A stretch of DNA of 32,000 nucleotides from Ostreococcus tauri (Eukaryota): the NCBI GenBank assembly GCA_000214015.2, contig CAID01000016.2:206794-238793 (forward strand). The letters are read 5' to 3'. The notes beneath the pieces are model-generated. The model made no database searches and was not told the DNA's origin. It saw nothing but the letters and a program-made list of their open reading frames with translations. Shown piece after piece: positions 10,712-18,296 of the stretch. Each line of letters opens with the position of its first letter. The stretch's first letter is position 1. The translations under genes and the position numbers were made by a program.

Positions 10712-11605
10712 ATGGCGCTTCGAACGATGGACCCCCGGACGACGTCGCGATCGCGATACCTCGGATTCGGGACGTGCGCGGCGGTGCGAGGGTGGACGAC
10801 GACGCGCGCGCGGGGCGGGACGTTGACGGCACGGGCGAAGAGTGCGTCGTCCGAGCTCAGGCTCGATCGAGGACGAGGACGGGACGGATGCGACGGACGA
10901 AGAAAGACGGAGGCGTTGGTGAGCGTCGATCTCGGACCGTCCGTGGTCTTGGGTTCGTCGCTCATGGTGAGCGCGGTGGCGCTGTATCAAGTGCGCGCGT
11001 CCAGACCCGAGGTGTCGAGGGACAAGGACGTCTTCTTTAGCTCCATAGGATTGCTCTGCGGCGGTATCTTGATCTTCCAGGGGTGGCGATTAGATCCTTT
11101 GATGCTATTCGGACAGCTCTTGACCACGGCGACGGCGGTGGCGTTCGCGACGGAGACAATTTCTCTACGACAAGAGCTCCTCAACGCCGAGGACGCGGGC
11201 AATTTAGGGGGACGACCGAGAGGTGGAAGGGGTCGATCCGGAAGAAGACCGCGACGAATGCAGTCGCTTCCGCCCGTGAGCGATCGAAACGTGGATTACG
11301 GCGCTAGGCGCGAGTATGGACGCGAAGATGCGGTGGACTTGGAGGCGAACGTGTACGACGCCTCCGCCGGGGTCGGCAATAATCGAGCCTCCTCTTCCGC
11401 GTACGGTGGACGAAGAGGCGCCATGGACGATCGCTACGACGACTATAACGACATTCAGGACGGTCTCGACGCGCTCGATGGTGATTTCGCAGACGAAGAG
11501 AGCCCGTATCGCGACGGTTTCCGAACCGCCACCGGTGAAACGCCGCCCGCGCCTCGACCGTCGACCGGAAAGAATTGGGAGAGCGACGATTGGGATTTCG
11601 AGTAG
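10712..11605 (+). CDS. ycf66: Nuclear-encoded Ycf66-family membrane protein with a transit-peptide-like N-terminus and a charged C-terminal tail
   Basis: The core LGPSVVLGSSLMVSAVALYQVRASRPEVSRDKDVFFSSIGLLCGGILIFQGWRLDPLMLFGQLLTTATAVAFATETISLR matches the conserved Ycf66 N-terminal domain of cyanobacteria and plastids (FFQGWRLDP signature, from memory). ATG at 10712 (MALRTMDPRTTSRSR...) gives an S/T/R-rich presequence. ORF-track start 10616 is an alternative. Confidence 0.7.
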   Translation: MALRTMDPRTTSRSRYLGFGTCAAVRGWTTTRARGGTLTARAKSASSELRLDRGRGRDGCDGRRKTEALVSVDLGPSVVLGSSLMVSAVALYQVRASRPEVSRDKDVFFSSIGLLCGGILIFQGWRLDPLMLFGQLLTTATAVAFATETISLRQELLNAEDAGNLGGRPRGGRGRSGRRPRRMQSLPPVSDRNVDYGARREYGREDAVDLEANVYDASAGVGNNRASSSAYGGRRGAMDDRYDDYNDIQDGLDALDGDFADEESPYRDGFRTATGETPPAPRPSTGKNWESDDWDFE

Positions 11606-11902
11606 GCTCGTGAGCTCCCGGAACTTTGTTTGTGAATATGAAACAACCTTGTGCGTACTCTCGTTCCCACTCGCATCGACGTCGTCGTCGTCGTCGAGTC
11701 AAACCCTGGCTCGTTGCCGAGACATGCTTTGTCCATTCCCATCAACCCACAAAAAAACGACAACCAATGAAAACGCAGAGATCCTTGCAGATCGATCTTC
11801 TTATCTGAATTCGTCGAGTCATGAACCATCAAATAGTCCCTCCCATGACTCGTCCCATCCCAACCACCGCACAGCGCGAAGCGGGTGACGAGGCGGACCG
11901 CG

Positions 11903-12032
11903 ATGGGGACGGCGCCCAACCGTCTCTTCGATTCGAAGAACTTCCCGGCCGGGATGGGGGTGATGGTCGTTGACGACGACTTACTGTGCCTCAAAGTTGT
12001 GGAAAAGATGCTCAAGGCTTGTAAATATAGAG
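11903..12032 (+). CDS. Type-B (ARR-B-like) two-component response regulator, exon 1
   Basis: ATG at 11903 gives MGTAPNRLFDSKNFPAGMGVMVVDDDLLCLKVVEKMLKACKYR, the start of a receiver domain with the acidic DDD pocket. The exon ends at G|GTACG (donor 12033), phase 1. Confidence 0.8.
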
Positions 12033-12354
12033 GTACGAAGGGACGGGACTGATTCAGTCGCGACGACGCGGGCATCGGACAATTGCGAGGGCGAACGCGC
12101 GCGTTTGAGTTGATTTGCGACGACGAGACACGCGATCGAGGTGAAGGATATATTTATCAAAGTTATCCCGCCGTGATCACGTCATGATCGTCGTCGCATC
12201 GAGCGAAAGCCCCCGAGACAAGGCACGCGATTTCCCTCCTCCAAGGGTCAGAGCCCGACAACCCTCGAGGGTTCAGGGGGGACTTTGGTGGATATCTATC
12301 TAAGCGAACACACGGCAGACTGACGTTGACGCGATTCGTTTCCATCGAACGCAG
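12033..12354 (+). other. Spliceosomal intron (322 nt, phase 1) of the response-regulator gene
   Basis: GTACG donor, CTGAC branch motif at 12320-12324, and acceptor CAG ending at 12354. Splicing rebuilds the codon G+TC = Val and the contiguous receiver sequence ...[40 protein letters not shown]. Confidence 0.8.
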
Positions 12355-13334
12355 TCACCGCGTGCTCCACCGCGGAGTCCGCGCTCGCCATCTTGCGCAC
12401 GAGGAAGGATGAGTTCGACATCGTGCTGAGCGACGTGCACATGCCAGACGTGGATGGGTTCAAGCTGTTGGAAATAATTCAGTTCGAACTCAACCTGCCA
12501 GTGCTCATGATGAGCGCGAACTCAGATTCGAGCGTAGTACTGCGAGGGATCATTCACGGTGCCGTGGATTACCTCCTCAAACCGGTGCGAATCGAGGAGT
12601 TGAGAAATATTTGGCAACACGTCGTGCGACGCGATTACTCAGCGAGAAACTCCGGTTCTGAGGACGGGGTGAACCCATCGTCGCCGAGCAAGCGATTGAA
12701 GACGTCGGGTTCGGATTCGAAGAGCGAAGAGGTCGAGCGTGCGGCGAACGAAGCCGGCTCGAGCAAGGCGAGGAAGAAACCGGCGGGGAAGAAGGGTGCC
12801 AAGGGTAGTAAGGAGAAGGAGGCTGAGAGGAAAGGGGACGCCATCGACAGTTCAAAGAAGCCTCGAGTAGTGTGGAGCGCAGAGTTGCACACCCAGTTCG
12901 TCACGGCGGTGAATCAACTCGGCATTGATAAGGCGGTACCGAAACGCATCCTCGACCTCATGGGGATTCAAGGTCTGACGCGAGAGAACGTCGCCAGTCA
13001 CTTGCAAAAATATCGACTTTACTTGAAGCGCCTGCAAGGAAATGACTTGATGCGCAACGGGTCAAACGCCTCCTCAAGCGGCGGTGTCTCCCAAAGTCGA
13101 GCGAAAGAGCAGCCTATGACCATCAAGGGGAAGAATGTTAACCCTTTCTTGGATGACAACATATTCCGCGCCGATGATTTGGGCCTTCCAGGCGACCTGG
13201 GTAACATTGGTTACGATGCTTCGTTTGACCCGTCTCTGCTCGCGCCGCTGGATCTCGACAAGGTCGGCAAGAGCGACGTTCTCGGCGCCGATCCGTCGGA
13301 TAACATACTCAATTTCTTCTTCCAAGGAGATTAA
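12355..13334 (+). CDS. Type-B response regulator, exon 2 (rest of the receiver domain + GARP/Myb-like DNA-binding domain)
   Basis: Receiver motifs are present: the phospho-acceptor Asp in [19 protein letters not shown], plus MMSANSD and DYLLKPV (conserved Lys). GARP domain: [60 protein letters not shown]. Stop TAA at 13332-13334. Confidence 0.88.
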
Positions 13335-13431
13335 TTAGTCTAGCCATCTTATTCATATTCCGCACAGCACCAGCTCTTGTCGTCCCCCGTCGTCCCCCTC
13401 TGCCCCCGCCGGGTCAGCCACATTGTGCGGC

Positions 13432-15882
13432 ATGCGATCGGCGAGGGGTCAAGCGGTGTCGTCCTACCTCGCCTCGTCGCCTGTCATGACGCCTGTTGAC
13501 TGCGTTCGCGCGTTCGTGTCCTCCACGCCATCAAATTCGCGATGGAGAACCACGGAATATCAATCCTACGAGCCGTGCCGAGAAGATTTCCCACGATTCG
13601 CGCCGAATCGTCACCGACGCCGTGCGTCGAGATTAGCGATGCAGACGCACGCAATTGCGAACGATAAACCGACAATACACGTACTGACTTCGTATGCGGT
13701 AAGAGGGACGAAGGAAGACGGTGCACTTCCGTCATTACGCGTGGTCCCGCTCACGCTGAGCGACAACGAGGGGAAACCATGTGTGCAAGCGCTCTGGAGC
13801 GCGGTGCGTCTAATGAGAGAGGGAACCAATGTGCGAACGATGAGTGAGAGACCGTTCGAGGCAAACGGTGGTCGAGGCACGGAATTATTCGCGCAGGCGG
13901 GGACGCGGGATGAGGGTGAGGTGTTGAGATTTGGCGTCGCGACGACGAGCGCACGAGACTTGGCACTAAAGGCGCTCGGACGCGGATCAACGCGAGAGGT
14001 GATGGAGGGCACGCCGTTCGATCTCTTGCCGAGCTTTCCAGCGTTTGAAAAACGCGTGGCATACGCCGAAATTCTGAGGGAATCGCTGTACGAGCACGCG
14101 CTCAGAGTCTTTGAGGATATGTTTGACATTTCTCGAGTCGGGAGGAGCGGCATCATGCTCACCTCAAAGTTGGCACGCGGTTCATGGGCATGGACAGCCG
14201 TGAGCGACGCGGTGGCAGTTCTGGATCAGTACACGTTAGACGTCGAAATCGATGATGAGAACTCGGCACGCGTACTGTGCACGCTGGGACACGAGCTGCG
14301 CAGTCCTCTGAGTGTGCGCCAGATTCTCGACGATCCTTCGCTGATGGATTTACCAGAGGGCGCGGAAGTTGTCGCACTCGGTGGACCCCATCTCCAAGGG
14401 CAGCTGTCTTACGCCAACATCGGTGGTAAGAAGATTGGAGAGCCTAGAGAGGACTTGAAGGGTGATAGCTTGTTGAGTTACCACAGAAATAGGTACCCAG
14501 CGCGGATCGCGTTGTTGGAGCACGCCAGGGAGTCCGATGAATGCGTGCAGCTGGTGCAACCGGGGCGACCACCAGTGGCATATCCCGCCGAGCTCCTCTC
14601 GCCGGTGATCAAGTTGCACAATCTCGATGCCAACACCCGAGATGCCATCGCGAGCACGTGCGCCGGAATGCCCTCAGATTTACAGCGGCGAGTGACCGCC
14701 GTTCGATCCATGCTTGGTCAACCATTTGCGCCACTTATGAACTTGGACGAGAGGATGCAGCGGCTTGACAATCAGTTCGCTGTGTCATCGGGCGCTGATA
14801 CTCGACGAGGCTCTCTTGACACCGGCCCAGCGATAATGCCACTGTCATCTTCTCAAAGCTCCCCTCTACCTCCGTTGTACTTACTTTTAGGTAGGTCTAT
14901 GCAAGGTAGTGAAGCGGCTGTGAAGTACGTTGAGCATCTCGTCAAAGACGTCGAGTCCACTCTGATCGATTGGAATGCGAGTGAAGACGTCATTCGTGCG
15001 ATAAAATCCGACCTAGCGTCGGCTGAGATATCGTGGTACGATGATAAATCGATTGGATCGGCACGGAACGACTTGGCGCAGGCGTTTCGCGCGTCAAGGT
15101 CGGCGACATTTCTTATTCCACTCTCAACGCAGCTACCGTTCGTTGAGGCCAGCGCTCGGCAGGCGGGCTCAAGAGTATCGTATGCCTCGACTGTGCGATG
15201 GGCCGCAGATGATAATGACGCCAAGCGCATTTGTTTCGTTCTCATCGCTAGGCACGGGGGGCAAGCGACGGTGTGTAGGGACGCGATTGTACCTGAGGAC
15301 GCGTACGTCGTCGGTGCTGGCATGAAGCCCGGCTTGCCCATACTCGATGCGTTCGGTCGAGTCATCTCTCGGCAACACGGTGCTCCTTCGGGAGCGACGA
15401 TCACCAGCGCTGTGCGTACTTCGATCGATGCGGGATTGAAGAAGATTTCGGTTCATCATGCTGGAGAGTCCGATGAAGATGACATTCGAAGCGCCACAGA
15501 GTTGGCTCACGAGAATGACGTGTCCATGTTAAGCCTTGTGGACGTCCTCGAGCACGATTTCGGACGTGTCCTCGGATGGAACAAGGACACCGGCTCGGTG
15601 GTACAACCAGATCGAGGCTTTTGGTCGCCTCTGGGCTCGAACGACGCCGTTGCCGTCACCACCGGCATGGAATCCAATCTTGCGCGTGGCGTCGCCAGGC
15701 CTCTTCGCATCCGTCGCCGTCTAGGCGACGTTGACATCGCGAGCTCGGTGAATCAAATCTTCCGCCTGTGTTTCGTAGACACACACTTCTTAAAATCGGG
15801 CTCATCTTTTAGGTTACCTCTATCGCTTCGGTCGATCGATCCCAGCAGCATCGACGTCGTCTTGGTGAGACCTCCAAGGTGA
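13432..15882 (+). CDS. Divergent Argonaute/PIWI-like protein, predicted slicer-inactive (tentative family call)
   Basis: Long ORF with first ATG at 13432. A PAZ-to-L2-like stretch is present: SLLSYHRNRYPARIALLEHARESDECVQLVQPGRPPVAYPAELLSPV...LDANTRDAIASTCAGMPSDLQRRV. PIWI-like strings are present: YVVGAGMKPG, ISVHHAGESDEDD, GVARPLRIRRRLG...IFRLCF...SFRLPLSLRSID. Details are in the findings. The existence of a CDS is solid. The family assignment is a by-eye motif alignment. Confidence 0.6.
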   Translation: MRSARGQAVSSYLASSPVMTPVDCVRAFVSSTPSNSRWRTTEYQSYEPCREDFPRFAPNRHRRRASRLAMQTHAIANDKPTIHVLTSYAVRGTKEDGALPSLRVVPLTLSDNEGKPCVQALWSAVRLMREGTNVRTMSERPFEANGGRGTELFAQAGTRDEGEVLRFGVATTSARDLALKALGRGSTREVMEGTPFDLLPSFPAFEKRVAYAEILRESLYEHALRVFEDMFDISRVGRSGIMLTSKLARGSWAWTAVSDAVAVLDQYTLDVEIDDENSARVLCTLGHELRSPLSVRQILDDPSLMDLPEGAEVVALGGPHLQGQLSYANIGGKKIGEPREDLKGDSLLSYHRNRYPARIALLEHARESDECVQLVQPGRPPVAYPAELLSPVIKLHNLDANTRDAIASTCAGMPSDLQRRVTAVRSMLGQPFAPLMNLDERMQRLDNQFAVSSGADTRRGSLDTGPAIMPLSSSQSSPLPPLYLLLGRSMQGSEAAVKYVEHLVKDVESTLIDWNASEDVIRAIKSDLASAEISWYDDKSIGSARNDLAQAFRASRSATFLIPLSTQLPFVEASARQAGSRVSYASTVRWAADDNDAKRICFVLIARHGGQATVCRDAIVPEDAYVVGAGMKPGLPILDAFGRVISRQHGAPSGATITSAVRTSIDAGLKKISVHHAGESDEDDIRSATELAHENDVSMLSLVDVLEHDFGRVLGWNKDTGSVVQPDRGFWSPLGSNDAVAVTTGMESNLARGVARPLRIRRRLGDVDIASSVNQIFRLCFVDTHFLKSGSSFRLPLSLRSIDPSSIDVVLVRPPR

Positions 15883-15956
15883 CTGACGGACGTTCATGTT
15901 TGAGCTTTTTCTGTTGTGAAATAAGATCTGCCGAGACGCCTCCACTCCCCGTCGTC

Positions 15957-17054
15957 ATGGACGCCAACGCGAGCGATGGCACCGGTAATCCATCGAATCA
16001 TCGAAACGTGACGTCTTCGATGCCTAAGATTAAGCTCAGAGTGAACGTGCCCGATCGCGACGACGCCTTGGACGAAGAAGGTTTCAATCGTCAGGTAGGA
16101 CGAAGAGCTGAACGGGGAGCGTTGGACGAACATCGAGGTCCGGTGCGTTCGAGATCGACGGTGCGAGACCCGGAGTCGAGATCGATGAGCGAACTCGGGG
16201 CGAGCATGTCTTTGGGGGAGGAGTGCGACGGAGAAGAGGTTGGAACGGGCGCACACGGCGGGTCGTTCGCGTCGCCGACGATGACAAAGAGACGAGGCGA
16301 GCGCGCATGCGGGGCGAGGAGTGGACCGACGAGCTCGACGACGAGCGGCGGCGACGGAACACCGATGAGCATCGAGCGAACGGCATCACCGGCGTCGAAG
16401 AGGGCGAGGATCGGTGACGATTGGGTGGAAGACGAGGTGCACCCATCTAAGGTTTGGGGCACTCCGGGGAGCGGTGGACGGATGATGTCCGAAGTCATGG
16501 CGTCGTCGATGTGGAGGTCTCTGAGCGTGGACGAGCATCAGTCGTCGTACGCGATCGGTGATTCGACGTGGGCGTCGACATCGATGTCCACATCACCCTC
16601 GATGAACGGATCGGAACGATCTCTGCTCAAACGAACGCTCAGTGGGACGTATTCCAATCACCCGGCGGTCGGGATGGACGCATCGATGCTTCCTCCTGGT
16701 GGACTTCCCGGAGGAGTGGTATCGGGCGGTAGTGGCGGCGGCAGCGGTGGTGGCGGCGCCTGTATTGCCAAATCACCGACTGGGGAGAGCGCCATGACGT
16801 TTAACTACGGGAAAGCGAACGGCGTGAATGGCGGCGGCGCGGCGGAGCTGTTCCATGGAAGCTTACCGCCGTCGTCACCATCCGATCCATCACCGCTTCA
16901 CGACCTACGTAAGGCGGCGCTAATGCGCTCGAGATTGTTAAAGGCATCGTCGTCGGCATCTTTACCTCCGAGAAGTCCGATCGCGACGGCGACCGATCCA
17001 CATGTACCAGTGCGGGTGGAGAACGGACTCGACAAGAACTGTGGCTCGATGTAA
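15957..17054 (+). CDS. Hypothetical Ser/Gly-rich, probably disordered protein
   Basis: First ATG (15957) of ORF 15879..17054, only 75 nt after the preceding stop. The sequence is low-complexity (S, G, M, D rich; GGSGGGSGGGG tract) with no recognisable domain. The coding call rests on length and on the absence of a better alternative strand. Confidence 0.45.
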   Translation: MDANASDGTGNPSNHRNVTSSMPKIKLRVNVPDRDDALDEEGFNRQVGRRAERGALDEHRGPVRSRSTVRDPESRSMSELGASMSLGEECDGEEVGTGAHGGSFASPTMTKRRGERACGARSGPTSSTTSGGDGTPMSIERTASPASKRARIGDDWVEDEVHPSKVWGTPGSGGRMMSEVMASSMWRSLSVDEHQSSYAIGDSTWASTSMSTSPSMNGSERSLLKRTLSGTYSNHPAVGMDASMLPPGGLPGGVVSGGSGGGSGGGGACIAKSPTGESAMTFNYGKANGVNGGGAAELFHGSLPPSSPSDPSPLHDLRKAALMRSRLLKASSSASLPPRSPIATATDPHVPVRVENGLDKNCGSM

Positions 17055-17171
17055 TAATCAGCGACTCGTCTATGATAATACGTGATGCACAAACTCGGAC
17101 GTACGGCACGTATATAGTCAGAATTTATTTAAACGGAGGTTAATACAAATAAAAATTTGATAGGCTTAAAA

Positions 17172-17227
17172 ATCGAGGGCTCGGCGTTCTCGCACGCGTG
17201 GCTTTTTGGAGCGGGCGCGAACTGGCG
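17172..17227. repeat. Dispersed repeat copy A: exact 56-bp duplicate of part of the CDS at 23468-23523
   Basis: ATCGAGGGCTCGGCGTTCTCGCACGCGTGGCTTTTTGGAGCGGGCGCGAACTGGCG is identical at both positions. It translates as IEGSAFSHAWLFGAGANW in both ORF-track entries. This copy lies in non-coding, AT-flanked sequence. Confidence 0.95.
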
Positions 17228-17261
17228 GTTACCGCGCGACGTCGCCGCTGGCGATCGATCG

Positions 17262-17420
17262 ACGCACCGATCGATGTATCGATCGATCGCCAAAGGCATC
17301 GACCGATCGATCGCCAAAGACATCGACCGATCGATCGCCAAAGGCATCGACCGATCGATCGACCGATCGAATGTCCCGATCGATCGCCAAAGACATCGTG
17401 TACCGATCGATGTCCGACGG
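17262..17420. repeat. Palindrome-rich 24-bp tandem repeat (GATCGATCGCCAAAGRCATCGACC) with degenerate flanking units
   Basis: Three full head-to-tail units lie at 17281-17304, 17305-17328 and 17329-17352, differing at one position (G/A). Partial units sit on both sides. The array is dense in CGATCG and ATCGAT palindromes. Its apparent ORFs (SIAKGIDR repeats) occur in several frames on both strands. Confidence 0.9.
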
Positions 17421-17704
17421 TGAATCAATGACGTCACAAACTAGTACGGCGCCAGGCGATTCGCGATCGAGCGCGTGGAGATTTGGGGAGTCGATCGAGA
17501 CGAGGTGCTGAAGAAGCGTACTGAAATGGACGAGAAATCGAGATCGAGAGTCGACGAGAAACGCGGTATCGACGAGAAACGCGCCGACGCGCGGTTCATG
17601 ACCCAGTTCACGTCGGCAGCCGCGCGCGCGACGGATTCGGGGAGTCGATGAGAGACGTGCTTGTAATTCTATCCCGTCCGCGCCCCGCGGTCGTACCCGC
17701 CTCA

Positions 17705-17770
17705 CCCTAAACCCTAAACTTCGAACCCAATTCCCCTAGAATTAGGGTCTAGAACACAAAATACCCTAAA
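17705..17770. repeat. Interstitial telomere-like repeat cluster (CCCTAAA units)
   Basis: CCCTAAACCCTAAA lies at 17705-17718 and a further CCCTAAA at 17764-17770. An oppositely oriented TTAGGG lies at 17742-17747, within CCCTAGAATTAGGG. CCCTAAA/TTTAGGG is the plant-type telomere unit. Confidence 0.85.
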
Positions 17771-17852
17771 AGTCGAGGAACGCCACCGGCGAGCGGCACA
17801 CCCCGCCGCGATGCGTCCGGTGGCGACGCGTCGCGGCGGGGGGCGACGCGAT

Positions 17853-17909
17853 GCGGACGCGAAAAAAAAAAAAAAAAAACGCGACGCGATGCGGCCGCGC
17901 GCGACGCGA
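17853..17909. repeat. A18 homopolymer flanked by a direct repeat (CGACGCGATGCGGMCGCG)
   Basis: GCGACGCGATGCGGACGCG - A(18) (17872-17889) - CGCGACGCGATGCGGCCGCG. It is embedded in GCGACG-rich low-complexity sequence that extends to about 18290. Confidence 0.9.
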
Positions 17910-18296
17910 CGCCTGCGACGGCGACGACGCGTCGTCGCGTCGGCACTCGGCGCGCGCGCGATTTCGAATTGGAATCGCGCGCGACGGCGGCGCGCGAATT
18001 CGACTCGAACGCGAACGTTCCGTGCGCGCGCGCGCGACGACATCGACGAGGGAATAAAGGTACGTCTCGTTCGCGGACGATGCGCGGCGCGACGCGGAGT
18101 CGCGGCGCGGAGAGGGGGCGATCGGTCGAGATCGCATCGCGCGCGCGCTGTTCCCCGGCGGCGCGTGCATCGCGCCGCCGGGGAGCGCGCGAGCGCGCGA
18201 TGACGACGGGCGCGCGCGCAAGGATGCGTCGATTTGTTTCACGTCGCGGCGCGCGCGCGCGGGCGACGGCGTCGACGACGGTGACGCGTTCGTTCG

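Noticed and set aside
11640-11700. A (GTC/GAC)n triplet microsatellite and similar short triplet runs in the GC-rich spacers.
   Set aside because: These are ordinary low-complexity slippage products in 3' UTR/promoter DNA. Nothing distinguishes them.
12163-12345. A 60-aa minus-strand ORF inside the response-regulator intron.
   Set aside because: It is short, has no motifs, and lies wholly within a well-supported intron of the opposite strand.
17262-17420. A possible CRISPR array or other prokaryotic-type system, given the regular short repeats.
   Set aside because: The repeats are directly abutting with no unique spacers. The whole window is clearly eukaryotic (spliceosomal introns, telomere repeats, Pol III tRNA terminators).
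17129-17705. A cluster of 77-158-aa ORFs on both strands over the tandem-repeat region (SIAKGIDR, IDRQRHRP and similar repeats).
   Set aside because: They are translations of the 24-bp CGATCG-rich tandem array and are open in several frames simultaneously. There is no coding asymmetry or start context.
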